Shown: one piece after another, positions 24,501-34,977 of the stretch
Layout: every line of letters begins with the position of its first letter
Numbering within the stretch: position 1 is the stretch's first letter
Source: a virus
Taxonomy: Duplodnaviria > Caudoviricetes
IMG/VR virus record: IMGVR_UViG_3300030328_003717
Span: 1-60,364 of that record
Reading direction: 5' to 3' (one strand)
Length of the DNA: 60,364 bases
The notes under the pieces: generated by a model
Seen by the model: only the letters and a program-made list of their open reading frames with translations
The model's database searches: none
What the model was told of the DNA's origin: nothing
Position numbers and translations under genes: made by a program

Positions 24501-26763
24501 TTTATCGATTTTTTTATTTGTACCCACACTTAACGCAGGTTACATCTACGAAGCAGACCAAGCTCTTATTGATTTAACAAACCAAACAGGTACAACTAAT
24601 ATGGGTGTTGGCGATGACCAAGTATCCAGTGCTTTTAATTTAGATTTTACTTTTACGTTTTATGGTGAGGATTTCACATCTGCTAGAATGGCAACCAATG
24701 GTTGTTTACATTTTGGGTCGACAGGAGGTTATTGTAATGACTACACACCTGATCCACTTCCTGAAATCACATACACCTTATACCCTTTTTGGACTGATTT
24801 AATACGAGACAACGGCTCAAAAGTGTTGGCTAAGAATTTCACCGACAAGTCTGTTTTTGGTTGGTATAACTTACGAGAATACAACCGAAGCAACACAGAC
24901 AACTCTTTTGAGGTAATACTTTGGAAAGCAGACGACAGCTTTGAGTATCGTTATGGTGGATTAAATATTATTAATCACGATGTTTTGATTGGTGAGCAAG
25001 GTGCAGCAGACGAACTTTACACTTATTTGTTTTATGACCAATGTGGTAAAGGAACAACGAATGTTTCTGGTACTTGTGTAAACGCTACTTGGAATAATAG
25101 TTCTTTTAATACACTGTTGGAAAATGGTGGTAGCTTATATGGAGTGGGTTCAGGCAATGCGTTAGATTGTAGTAACCCTTTAAACAACACTGCTTGTTCG
25201 GGATATGCGGCAGCTTATTTAACACAACAATGTGACTTAGATGGATTGTATTCTACTCAGTGTCCTAACTATTGGGACGATTTATTTGATTACGAGTGCT
25301 CGTATGACTCGCAATATTCTCCTGCGTGTCCAGGGTACATGGTCGAAACTTTTGTTGAAGATACCTATTATCAAGATGATATCTTTGGTTATGAAGATTA
25401 TCAAGACGACCAGTATGGATATGTGGACTCGTATTATGAAGAAGATTATTTTTTTGAAGAAGACCTTGTATACGCTACTGAGTTATCGTGGATAGAGGAA
25501 GAATACTTTTTTGAAGAAGAGCATTTTTTTGAAGAAACATTGTTTTTTGAAGAAGAATATTTTGATCCTTTTACAGAAGAATTTGATTTAATACCCGAAG
25601 AACTTATTCCATTAAGTTATATTGAAGAAGAGCTTTATATAGAAGAGATATATGAAGAAATCTTGTTAGCGGAAGAGTATTATGAAACAAACTACGCTCT
25701 TCCTGTTTTAGAAGACATTTTATTAGAACATTTTGAACACGAAGAACACATTGAAGAATATTTTGACGAAGAACCTATAGAGTTTTTAGAGTTTGAAACC
25801 ATAGAAGAGTTGGAGGAGTGGATTGAAGAAGAAACTGAAGAAGTGTTGGAAGAACTTGCTGATCTATCTGATGTTGAAGATGGAGACTTGGAGGATTCGG
25901 AGACAGTTGAAGAAGAGGTACAAGACCGAGAAGAAACTGTCGAACTTGTTGTCACGGAGAATGAAGAGAAAAAAGACAACAAAAGAGCAGAACAACTAAA
26001 CATTGTTGCAAACACCATTCGGGCTGCAAGCAACAGTGTTAGTGGAACAACAGCGGGAACTTCAGCGCACTCTACAGGAAACTCTGTTGCATCCGGTGGA
26101 ATAGCGGCCAGTTCTCAAAGTTCCGTTGTAAGTTCTTCTGTTTCAGGTGGTACCATAAGCATTGACAGTTCACCTAGTATCTCTGCTCAAGTTGCTAGTT
26201 CAGCGCAACAAACGCAACAAATTTTATCCATGAGCGTTTCCGATGTAAGCTCCTCAAGTGGAGTAGGAACAACGGATACAAGTATGTCAACGGCGGACCA
26301 AGGACAGGGGACCACGGACAGTACGGCTTCCAATACAGCCGGAGGACAATCTGCCCTTGTTGAAACGGCTGTGGTGGAAGTGCAACAAAACGATAATCAA
26401 ATGCAAGACGTGCAAAGTCAGATAGATACTGCAATATCAGGGGGTATGTCTGAAAGCGAAGCAGATCAAGTAGCAAGTCAAATTGTGGCGCAAAACATAG
26501 AAAACCAAAAAGAAGAAATGGAACAAGAACAGCAAGAAACAGGTGAGTATGCAGATTCCAGCGCTTTAATAGCTTACATGGGCTATGTTCCTGGCTTTAA
26601 CGCATACAGCCAAGTGACGCTTGATGATGCCTCCAACTGGTATGAACCGAAAGCAATTTATGGTAATGTATCCATACCGGACAATAGCTCTGCTTTTGTT
26701 GGGTTATATGGTCAAAGTTTGACTGGAATGAAAGATTTAATGGATATGCAACCTAATTTATAG
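24478..26763 (+). CDS. Exported protein: NIDO-like domain, Cys repeats, hyperacidic and Ser-rich regions
   Basis: Signal peptide ending LNA; DD...L.F.FTFYG..F...TNG.L.F...PFWTDL; C...Y...CP.Y repeats. Confidence 0.7.
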   Translation: MSLIRAISLSIFLFVPTLNAGYIYEADQALIDLTNQTGTTNMGVGDDQVSSAFNLDFTFTFYGEDFTSARMATNGCLHFGSTGGYCNDYTPDPLPEITYTLYPFWTDLIRDNGSKVLAKNFTDKSVFGWYNLREYNRSNTDNSFEVILWKADDSFEYRYGGLNIINHDVLIGEQGAADELYTYLFYDQCGKGTTNVSGTCVNATWNNSSFNTLLENGGSLYGVGSGNALDCSNPLNNTACSGYAAAYLTQQCDLDGLYSTQCPNYWDDLFDYECSYDSQYSPACPGYMVETFVEDTYYQDDIFGYEDYQDDQYGYVDSYYEEDYFFEEDLVYATELSWIEEEYFFEEEHFFEETLFFEEEYFDPFTEEFDLIPEELIPLSYIEEELYIEEIYEEILLAEEYYETNYALPVLEDILLEHFEHEEHIEEYFDEEPIEFLEFETIEELEEWIEEETEEVLEELADLSDVEDGDLEDSETVEEEVQDREETVELVVTENEEKKDNKRAEQLNIVANTIRAASNSVSGTTAGTSAHSTGNSVASGGIAASSQSSVVSSSVSGGTISIDSSPSISAQVASSAQQTQQILSMSVSDVSSSSGVGTTDTSMSTADQGQGTTDSTASNTAGGQSALVETAVVEVQQNDNQMQDVQSQIDTAISGGMSESEADQVASQIVAQNIENQKEEMEQEQQETGEYADSSALIAYMGYVPGFNAYSQVTLDDASNWYEPKAIYGNVSIPDNSSAFVGLYGQSLTGMKDLMDMQPNL

Positions 26764-26772
26764 AGAAAGGAT

Positions 26773-27138
26773 ATGGACTGGTTTCAAAGTAAAACAACAC
26801 AACTGATTGCACTAGCTGGTATTGTTAGTACCCTTGCTGGTTTCGGCTATACAGGTGCAACGTATGTTAACCGGATAGAGAATCTTGAGTCTAAAATGGC
26901 TCGTTACATTAACGAAATAGATGCGCTTGCTGACGAAGTAGCGGTTATGGATAAGCAAGTGGTTGCTGTAGGGGAACAGATTAAATCGTTAAACATAGAA
27001 ACAGAAGATTTAACGCCGATCAAAGACGATATTGTTTTGTTGCAAACAAGTGTTGCAGGTATAAATGCAAGTGTTGATTCTATATATGACGATGTAAGAA
27101 GTTTAAAAAACATGAACGATAACCCATTGGCAAACTAA
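26773..27138 (+). CDS. N-terminal TM plus coiled-coil protein
   Basis: LIALAGIVSTLAGFGY followed by heptads. Confidence 0.75.
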   Translation: MDWFQSKTTQLIALAGIVSTLAGFGYTGATYVNRIENLESKMARYINEIDALADEVAVMDKQVVAVGEQIKSLNIETEDLTPIKDDIVLLQTSVAGINASVDSIYDDVRSLKNMNDNPLAN

Positions 27139-27156
27139 ATAAGGAGCGTAATATTT

Positions 27157-27324
27157 ATGACTTGGTATGCAAAAGAAATAGGGCTAACAAACTGGTTTAA
27201 AAAAACATTTTTAGGCATGGAAGAAATAACTGTGCGTACTAGAAACAAAAAAGGCCAGTATGTTAAGGATGATCCAAAAACAAAAAAGAATGAAGCCTAC
27301 ACTAAAAAAGTAGTGAGGAAATAG
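27157..27324 (+). CDS. 55-aa basic protein
   Basis: AAGGAG RBS; RTRNKKGQYVKDDPKTKKNEAY. Confidence 0.6.
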   Translation: MTWYAKEIGLTNWFKKTFLGMEEITVRTRNKKGQYVKDDPKTKKNEAYTKKVVRK

Positions 27325-27325
27325 C

Positions 27326-27703
27326 ATGGGCGACGATCAATATCATCCAAGCAGCAGATTCGGTGGCGACATGTCTCGAAACGAAGTTGAGATGGACTTA
27401 TCCAAGTTCATGGAGATGCTTCAAGAGAACTCTGCGCTTAAAGATAAAATAAGAACTTTAGAAGATGAGAAGAACGACAACCCTTATCAAAAGTTTATAT
27501 TTGTAGCACAAGCCATAGACAGTTGGCGCATTATTCCTAGGTGTTTTCTAGGGGTATATATGTATTTATTATACTTTACAACGTTTTGGTTCATGGATTT
27601 ACCAGATCCTACTTTTGAACAATCGGGCTTAATTTCAATTGTTGTGGGTGCTGGCGCAGCCTGGTTCGGCTTGTATACAAATAGCTCTAAACCTAAAGTA
27701 TGA
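27326..27703 (+). CDS. Two-TM holin-like protein
   Basis: DSWRIIPR...WFM.LP.PT...IVVGAGAAWFGLY; two hydrophobic helices. Confidence 0.6.
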   Translation: MGDDQYHPSSRFGGDMSRNEVEMDLSKFMEMLQENSALKDKIRTLEDEKNDNPYQKFIFVAQAIDSWRIIPRCFLGVYMYLLYFTTFWFMDLPDPTFEQSGLISIVVGAGAAWFGLYTNSSKPKV

Positions 27704-27704
27704 A

Positions 27705-28145
27705 GTGGGCTTTCCGTTTGAGATAATCACCATGTTGGGATCTACTCTATTGAGTAGTTTATTAAGCATTTGGTCACAAAGCAGAAAAGCTAAAGCAGAA
27801 GAACAAAAACTTCTTATAACAAGAGGTGAGTTTGAGATGAAATCTAAAAAACAATCTCTTGACCATAGTTTAAAAGATAAAGGGTTTGCTTGGACACGAA
27901 GAATAATAGCACTGACTGCTATATTCGCCATTGTTCTTTTACCAAAACTTGTAGCAGTATTTTATCCAATGGTTGATGTAACGGTTGGATACACAAACTG
28001 GAGACCCGGATTTATGTTTTTTAGAGAAGGACGAGAAGTTTTTGAATGGATTACGTTTCAAGGACTTGTAATAACACAACTAGATACAAACTTGGTATCG
28101 GCTATAATTGGAATGTACTTTGGAGGAAGTTTAGTTAAAAAATAA
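27705..28145 (+). CDS. Membrane protein (holin-like)
   Basis: GTG start at 27705; hydrophobic helices; ends AIIGMYFGGSLVKK. Confidence 0.6.
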   Translation: MGFPFEIITMLGSTLLSSLLSIWSQSRKAKAEEQKLLITRGEFEMKSKKQSLDHSLKDKGFAWTRRIIALTAIFAIVLLPKLVAVFYPMVDVTVGYTNWRPGFMFFREGREVFEWITFQGLVITQLDTNLVSAIIGMYFGGSLVKK

Positions 28146-28146
28146 T

Positions 28147-30027
28147 ATGCCTTATAGTAAATATAATTTTAGACCGGGAATAAATAGAGAAGGTACAGAC
28201 TATTCTAACGAAGGTGGCTGGTTTGATTCTAACTTAGTGCGTTTTCGTAAAGGGCTTCCAGAAAAAATAGGTGGTTGGGTAAAAGAAATTTCTACCACTT
28301 TTTTAGGCACAGGCAGAGCGCTATTGGCTTGGGTTTCTTTAGATTCTACAAGATGGTTGGGATTGGGCACGACATGGAAGTATTATGTGTCCGATGGTAA
28401 CTCTTACAACGATATAACACCATTACGAGTAACAACGTCTGCTGGTGATGTGACTTTCTCAGCCACTAATGGTGATGCGACCATTACTGTTGCCGATACT
28501 TCTCACGGTGCAGTACAAAATGATTTTGTTACATTTAGTGGTGTGGACAGCAATGGGTTAGGTGCAGGAGGTAATATTACCGAAGCTGTTTTAGAACAAG
28601 AATATCAGATTGCCACGATTGTAAACGCGAATAGTTACACAATAGAAGCCAAAGACACTTCTGGCGCAACCGTTTTAGCAAACGCAAGTGATTCAGGAAA
28701 CGGTGGATCAAGCACGGTAGGTGCTTATCAGATTAACGTAGGGCTGGATGTTTATGTTTCTTCTACTGGTTGGGGTGTTGGTGCTTGGAACACAGGTGCT
28801 TTTGGTAGTTCTACCGCTGTTTCCGCAACAAATCAGTTAAGGCTTTGGTCACACGATGCGTTTGGTGAAGACCTTTTATTGAATCCTAGATCTGGAAGCA
28901 TCTATTATTGGGATGAATCTTCTGGTACTTCTACAAGAGCAGTAAACATCACAGCTTTGTCAGGAGCAAATTTAGCGCCTACTGTTGGATTTCAAACCAT
29001 AGTCAGTGATATAGACAGACACATTATAGTTTTAGGAGCAGACCCAATAGAAGGCTCAACAAGAAGTGGCACAATTGATCCTTTGTTGATTGCGTTTAGT
29101 GACCAAGAAAGCGCTACTCAATGGGAACCGTTAAGCACAAACACGGCTGGGTCAATACGGCTGTCTTCAGGTTCACAAATTGTAGGCGGTTTACGAGCTC
29201 GTCAAGAAATATTGGTTTGGACAGACACATCTTTGTATTCTATGCAGTTTGTAGGTCCTCCGTTTACTTTTGGTGTTAATTTAATAAACGAAAACATTGG
29301 TTTAATTTCTCCAAACGCGGCTATAAACGCACCAGACGGTATATATTGGATGGCAAGAGACGGCTTTTACAAGTACGACGGCGCTGTTTCAAGAGTGCCT
29401 TGTTCTGTTTTAAATTTTGTATTGGATGGATACAACGCGTCGCAAGCCTTTAAAACATTTGCAATTACTAATCGCGAGTTTAACGAGGTTGGTTGGTACT
29501 ATGTTTCTACGGATAGCACAGAAATTGACCGTTATGTTATATACAACTACTTAGAACAAGTGTGGTCCATAGGTGCATTATCAAGAACAGCTTGGATAGA
29601 CGATGGAATATTTACTAAACCAAGAGCCACATCAAACGGTTATTTGTATGAGCATGAAACAGGAAACGATGCGGACGGTTCTCCTATGGACAATGTGTAT
29701 ATAGAATCCAGTGATTTTGACATTGACGACGGAGAATTTATTTCTTTTGTTAGAAGCATAATACCAGACGTTAAATTTACAGGGAGCGGTGGCACAGGCC
29801 AAGCAATAAACTTTGTTTTAAAACACAGAAACTATCCTGGAGAAAGCTTGACTACTTCTAGCACTTCTTCGGTTACAAGCTCTACAACAAAAGTAGACAC
29901 TCGTTTAAGGGGAAGACAAGCTGTTTTAAGGTTAGAATCTGATGACGATAACGTGCCTGGAAACACAGGCGTAGGTTGGAGGCTTGGTAGCACTCGGTTT
30001 GACATTCGACCAGATGGTAAACGCTAG
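28147..30027 (+). CDS. Tail nozzle/stabilisation protein (P22 gp10-like)
   Basis: 626 aa, beta-propeller-like composition, precedes ejection genes. Confidence 0.7.
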   Translation: MPYSKYNFRPGINREGTDYSNEGGWFDSNLVRFRKGLPEKIGGWVKEISTTFLGTGRALLAWVSLDSTRWLGLGTTWKYYVSDGNSYNDITPLRVTTSAGDVTFSATNGDATITVADTSHGAVQNDFVTFSGVDSNGLGAGGNITEAVLEQEYQIATIVNANSYTIEAKDTSGATVLANASDSGNGGSSTVGAYQINVGLDVYVSSTGWGVGAWNTGAFGSSTAVSATNQLRLWSHDAFGEDLLLNPRSGSIYYWDESSGTSTRAVNITALSGANLAPTVGFQTIVSDIDRHIIVLGADPIEGSTRSGTIDPLLIAFSDQESATQWEPLSTNTAGSIRLSSGSQIVGGLRARQEILVWTDTSLYSMQFVGPPFTFGVNLINENIGLISPNAAINAPDGIYWMARDGFYKYDGAVSRVPCSVLNFVLDGYNASQAFKTFAITNREFNEVGWYYVSTDSTEIDRYVIYNYLEQVWSIGALSRTAWIDDGIFTKPRATSNGYLYEHETGNDADGSPMDNVYIESSDFDIDDGEFISFVRSIIPDVKFTGSGGTGQAINFVLKHRNYPGESLTTSSTSSVTSSTTKVDTRLRGRQAVLRLESDDDNVPGNTGVGWRLGSTRFDIRPDGKR

Positions 30028-30350
30028 TGGCAAAACTTTTAAACAGTAGACTGCCTCTTGCTTCAAGCGCTGTAGATGTTGCTTTGTACAACAGAATGGT
30101 GCGTATTTTAGAAATAAATTTAGGTAAATTTGATCCTACAGCAACTCCGCAATATACTGATGTACAGATAGGACAAAATAAATTTGCTGCTGGCGATGTA
30201 GTATGGAACACATCAAAAGGTGTTTTACAAGTTTACACAGGCAGTCAATGGCAAGATTTATCAACACGAACACCAGTAGGACTTGAAGCCACGGGTTCTG
30301 TTGGAACATTAACAGTCGCTACAAACGGCTCAACAACAGTTTCTTTATAA
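30027..30350 (+). CDS. Small tail protein
   Basis: GDVVWNTSKGVLQVYTGSQW motif; coupled. Confidence 0.65.
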   Translation: MAKLLNSRLPLASSAVDVALYNRMVRILEINLGKFDPTATPQYTDVQIGQNKFAAGDVVWNTSKGVLQVYTGSQWQDLSTRTPVGLEATGSVGTLTVATNGSTTVSL

Positions 30351-31363
30351 TGCCGATACAAAAAGTAAAAGGAGGATATAAGTGGGGTAAATCTGGAAAG
30401 GTTTATCCAACAAAAGCTCAAGCTGCGAAACAAGCAAGAGCTGCGTATGCTTCTGGATACAAAGGGTATCAGTCAGGTGGTTCGGTTTGGGTAACAGAGG
30501 AGGAAGATGTTTCACCAGCTGTTCAAGAAATTCGTGACGCAGATAAAAAGTTTAAAAGAGACTTTGCCAAACGTATGTTGATGACAGGTATTTTGTCTAA
30601 TCCTAAAGCTAGACAAGGTTTTGGAATGTATAAAGCGTTCAGGGACCAAGGACCTATGGGACTTGGCAAAGCTCTAGGACAACGAGCAGGTATAGAAGCG
30701 TTGTTTAGAAAAGTTGGTCCGTGGGGAATGTTGTTGGGTGGTCGTGGAGGTCTTCTTGGGTTAGGTTCCGAAGGTCCTTTAGGATTAGGTATTAAGCAAG
30801 GACTTCAGGACCCCAGAACAGGAGGGCTTCCAGGAATAATAAACAGGGTGAAGTTTCTTCAAGCGTTTCCACAAGTAGTTGCTACTAGAATGTTGATGGA
30901 TAAAATTCACCAGAGAATACCAGGACAAAAAGGTATTTTAGGTGGGACGTTTGGACCACAAGCTAGAAACATAGCTAGTCTCTTTTTGCCATTTATAAAG
31001 TCTTATGAAGAAAAATACAACACGGGTTCGGTTGAAGAAGACATGTATCCAGACATACAGCCTATAGAAGTGACTGCTCAAACGAGAGAAACACAAGCAC
31101 AAGCAGACGCACGAGAAAGAGCAGAAAGAGCTGCTAGGGTGCAACAGTTTGCTAACGAAAGCTATGCAAACAGAATAGGAGAAACAGGCGGTGATCCTAT
31201 CTCCTATATGTCTGGTTTAGTGCCAGGTGTTGCACAGTCCATGAACCAAGGACAAAGAGCAGTTAATTTTCTAAGAAGAATGACAAAAAGAAAAACACCG
31301 TCTAAAAAAGATTTTTACCAGCCAGACCGTAAAATAAGCAGTGGCGGGTTTTCAAGAAGATAA
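30350..31363 (+). CDS. Probable internal virion protein
   Basis: Basic, Gly-rich; YQSGGSV motif; position. Confidence 0.6.
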   Translation: MPIQKVKGGYKWGKSGKVYPTKAQAAKQARAAYASGYKGYQSGGSVWVTEEEDVSPAVQEIRDADKKFKRDFAKRMLMTGILSNPKARQGFGMYKAFRDQGPMGLGKALGQRAGIEALFRKVGPWGMLLGGRGGLLGLGSEGPLGLGIKQGLQDPRTGGLPGIINRVKFLQAFPQVVATRMLMDKIHQRIPGQKGILGGTFGPQARNIASLFLPFIKSYEEKYNTGSVEEDMYPDIQPIEVTAQTRETQAQADARERAERAARVQQFANESYANRIGETGGDPISYMSGLVPGVAQSMNQGQRAVNFLRRMTKRKTPSKKDFYQPDRKISSGGFSRR

Positions 31364-31413
31364 ACATTAACAAAAAAACATGGTAGAATTAAATGAAAAT
31401 AACGGAGACATAA

Positions 31414-32553
31414 ATGGGACTGTTTGACGACGATTACAGTTTTGACGATCTTCTTGGAGATCTCGATTTTTCTTACCCTGTCGGCACTAGTGGCGACATT
31501 TCTGTCGGCACTGATACCAGTGGCGACATTTCTGAATATGGTTCTAGTATTTTTGACATTTATGACACAGCGGGTGCTGATTTATTGGATGATCTTATTC
31601 AAGAAGAAATTTACGGTGGAAGCGGTTCTAGTATTTTTGACACAGAGGGCGCTAATTCATTGGATGGTCTTATTCAAGAAGAAAGTGTAGACGAAGATGT
31701 TTGGCAAGGTCCTTTCGGATGGGGTATTATTCCTGGAATTAGAAACACTATTTTTGGTCAAGGATCAGGTCCTTTGGGCGGAAACGTTTTAGAAGGCGGT
31801 GGCATACTCGGTCAAATATTAGGCTTCGGCGGGGCCGGAGCAGCCGGCGGTGGAGGAGGCGAAGCAGGCGAAAGCGGACTTGGCAGTTTTCTCAGCGGTG
31901 CTAATCCGTTAATGCAGTTTTTAGCCATGAAATCTTTAATGAAAGACGATGGTGGAGGAGGCGGAGCCCCTATTGGAGGACAAGCTTACGGAGGACCAGC
32001 CTTTAATTATCAAGATTATCAACCCACTAACCTACAGCCTGCATTAATGCCGGGTGTTGCGTATGCAAATATGGGCGCACCAGGTATGATAAGCGGTGGA
32101 CTCGCTATGCCGAGCTCTGCTGATCTTGAAAGAAGGCGTCAAAATGTTTTAGAACAACCAGGGCTTACAAGCGGTTTAGAAATGGGAATGCCGTCTTTTG
32201 CAAGACCTGGAATAAGAGTAGAGGTTGAAGAACCAAGCACACAGGAAATACTTGCAGCGATACAAAACGATCAAGTGGTAGAGCTTGGAGACGGCTCTGT
32301 TGTTGTAGCTGTTGATGGCCAGTACACAATAATATCTCCTCGAAGGTTGGCGGGAATAAAAGATGCCTGGAGAAGAAAGGGGTTTACAGGCATGCAAAGC
32401 GGTGGGTCCACGGACGACAGACCAGGTGATATTACTTTTGCAAAACTAGAACCGGGTGAGTTTGTTATTCAAAAGCCGGCTGTAGACGCCATTGGTATTG
32501 AAACATTAAGAAAAATTAACAGCATGGGAGACGGGAGGCCTTATTATGGCTAG
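31414..32553 (+). CDS. Probable ejection protein
   Basis: Gly-rich; C-terminal MQSGG...D...AKLEPGEFVI...AV..IG motif. Confidence 0.65.
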   Translation: MGLFDDDYSFDDLLGDLDFSYPVGTSGDISVGTDTSGDISEYGSSIFDIYDTAGADLLDDLIQEEIYGGSGSSIFDTEGANSLDGLIQEESVDEDVWQGPFGWGIIPGIRNTIFGQGSGPLGGNVLEGGGILGQILGFGGAGAAGGGGGEAGESGLGSFLSGANPLMQFLAMKSLMKDDGGGGGAPIGGQAYGGPAFNYQDYQPTNLQPALMPGVAYANMGAPGMISGGLAMPSSADLERRRQNVLEQPGLTSGLEMGMPSFARPGIRVEVEEPSTQEILAAIQNDQVVELGDGSVVVAVDGQYTIISPRRLAGIKDAWRRKGFTGMQSGGSTDDRPGDITFAKLEPGEFVIQKPAVDAIGIETLRKINSMGDGRPYYG

Positions 32554-33559
32554 TTACGGAGTTCCAACCACACAAGCTTTTTATGACGAGCCTTATGGTG
32601 GCGCAATGCGTCGTGGGTTCTTAGAGTCCGCGTCTGCTTTAGCAAGACAGCCTATGCCGATTCCGGTCAGGCAATACGCAGGGCTTGATCCTTATAGTAT
32701 GCAAGCACGAGCAATGGCCGGTGGCCTTGGTGGCTTTACACCGTATCTACAACAAGGTGCAAATATGGCACAACAAGGGTTTGGTACGATGCAACAAGGA
32801 GCTGGTGCGTTGCCTATGGCACAACAAATGTATGGTCAAGGTGCTGGAATGTATGGTCAAGCCACAGGTTTGGCTGGTCAAGCGGCAAACATGTTTGCTC
32901 CTGGAGCTGCACAACAGTTCTACAACCCTTACGAAGATCAAGTAATTCAAGGCACCATAGAACAAATGAGCCAACAGAACCAGCAGCAGGCACAGGCTGA
33001 CAGAGCTAATGCTGTATCCTCTGGTGCGTTTGGCGGTTCTCGTGGACGTCTTATGGAACAAGAAAGAGAAAAAGCCTTTGGCCGTGGTCTAACGCAAGCG
33101 GTGGGTGGTTTAAGACAACAAGGTTGGAACCAAGCACAACAAATGGCACAAGGCGCTGGACAAGGTTTAGGACAAATCAGTGGTCAGCTTGGACAATTTG
33201 GACAAGGACTTGGTGCGCTTGGTCAAGGCATTACCAGCATGGCTGGACAATACGGACAACTCGGACGAGGCATGGGTCAAATGGGCGGAGCGTTTACTGA
33301 TCTTGGCATGACTGGGCAACGAGGGTTGATGAATCAAATAAATACTTTTGACAAATTTGGACAAGAAGGACGAGGCATACAAAATAAAATGTACGGCGCT
33401 CAGTATGATGCAGCAAACAAAATGGCGCAAGAGCCTTGGCAACGTATGCGAGCGTATCAAGATATGCTTGGCATGTTGCCACAAGGGTCCAATACCACTT
33501 GGAATCCTCAAGCGGGCAATAGTCTTGCTAATTACATGAAGTTTTTTGGAATGGTTTAA
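32546..33559 (+). CDS. Probable ejection (DNA pilot-like) protein
   Basis: Gln/Gly/Ala heptads; YNPY..QV...GAFGGSR motif. Confidence 0.7.
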   Translation: MASYGVPTTQAFYDEPYGGAMRRGFLESASALARQPMPIPVRQYAGLDPYSMQARAMAGGLGGFTPYLQQGANMAQQGFGTMQQGAGALPMAQQMYGQGAGMYGQATGLAGQAANMFAPGAAQQFYNPYEDQVIQGTIEQMSQQNQQQAQADRANAVSSGAFGGSRGRLMEQEREKAFGRGLTQAVGGLRQQGWNQAQQMAQGAGQGLGQISGQLGQFGQGLGALGQGITSMAGQYGQLGRGMGQMGGAFTDLGMTGQRGLMNQINTFDKFGQEGRGIQNKMYGAQYDAANKMAQEPWQRMRAYQDMLGMLPQGSNTTWNPQAGNSLANYMKFFGMV

Positions 33560-34971
33560 TGAATTGGAAAAGACGTAAAATGTTCTCTTCCGCCGTCGAC
33601 ATGCAAAGCGGAGGATCTGTACCTTATCCTAGCTACGAGAGTGGTGGGGTTGTTGGTGCAGTCGGTGCAACGCCTACGGAACGCAAAAGAATGTTTTCTA
33701 TTTGGGACAAGATGACCCAAGATCAGAAAGAAAAAGCCATGGACGGCAACCGTTATCAAATCGGCGGACCTGTTGTGCCTACGCCTTTGTTTGAAGAAGG
33801 CGATCAAGACATCAACATGGCTCTTAATACCATGGCAAGTACCACAAGTCCTTCAGTCAGTGATGTAAAAGAAACTGTTTCTATGGGTCCTTCTATGGAA
33901 GATTCAATGACGATGGACCAAGGACCTGAAAGTTTTGAAGACGCTCTCTTTATGCTTAAACAAGAATTTTATGATGAAATAACAAGCTTTGTCTCATCAA
34001 CGGGAGATATAAAAGAGATAGAAAATTATCTACAAGGAATGAACGCTACTTATACAAACGAGTTGAAGAAAGTAAAAAGAGCTTTTAATATTGATGTTGT
34101 ACATCCTGAAGAAGAGCTTTTGACACCAAGGTTCGTTCAAGAACTTCAGAATATGTTAACGGCTCCTGAGATGCAAGAAGGTGCGTTTACCGGTATGCAA
34201 GACGGAAGTTTAGTGGGGTTGATTAATTCGCAAGACGATCTTGATAAATATGGCATAATGATTCCTTGGGAGTTTTGGAAAAGCTACGACGAAGACAAAA
34301 AACAAAGGTGGATAGAATCCACTCTTTTGAGTCAGCAGGGAGGAAGTTCTTCGGTCGGAGCTAACGAAGCTCAGACACAAATGTTGGGAAGAGTTAACCA
34401 AATTATTGAAGAACGTAAAAAATTGGCGAAAAAATCTGCTGAAATGCCTTTAACCATGCAAGGAGGCTTCGGTGGTTTTGTCGAGCAGATGAACGCATAT
34501 AGAGCCAACCAAGCCGCAGCTGAAGACAAAGTTCTTTCTGATGAGATGGATTACCTTCAATACGCAGTTAGAACGGGACAATCTCCTACAAACAGAAATA
34601 CAATGTCTGCTTTTCAAAAAGAATACGTTCTAAAACCCAAACCAGCGCCTATCACAACTAAAGATTGGGTGGACCTAGCAGAAGGCGCGGCAAGGAAAGG
34701 GGGCGTGAATCCAGATGAAGAAGTTCCTTTTATACAGGTTTATTTAGCACTGAATGGAAAACAAGAGGTTCTTGACGAAGTTTTTCCAGGGTATCTTGAC
34801 TCAGTGAGAGATGTTAAGGTAAATGTGGAAGGAACAGAAGTTGATCAAGCCATGACTTTTGCGGATTTCTTGCGACACAAAAAGAAAATAGAAGGAGACA
34901 CTTTTGATATATCAACCAATCCAGGTTTTTATATCTCCGAATTTTTAGCCCTCGACTTATCGCCGGAGTAA
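33559..34971 (+). CDS. Probable ejection protein
   Basis: Several MQSGG/YESGG/YQIGG motifs; position. Confidence 0.6.
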   Translation: MNWKRRKMFSSAVDMQSGGSVPYPSYESGGVVGAVGATPTERKRMFSIWDKMTQDQKEKAMDGNRYQIGGPVVPTPLFEEGDQDINMALNTMASTTSPSVSDVKETVSMGPSMEDSMTMDQGPESFEDALFMLKQEFYDEITSFVSSTGDIKEIENYLQGMNATYTNELKKVKRAFNIDVVHPEEELLTPRFVQELQNMLTAPEMQEGAFTGMQDGSLVGLINSQDDLDKYGIMIPWEFWKSYDEDKKQRWIESTLLSQQGGSSSVGANEAQTQMLGRVNQIIEERKKLAKKSAEMPLTMQGGFGGFVEQMNAYRANQAAAEDKVLSDEMDYLQYAVRTGQSPTNRNTMSAFQKEYVLKPKPAPITTKDWVDLAEGAARKGGVNPDEEVPFIQVYLALNGKQEVLDEVFPGYLDSVRDVKVNVEGTEVDQAMTFADFLRHKKKIEGDTFDISTNPGFYISEFLALDLSPE

Positions 34972-34977
34972 TAAGCT

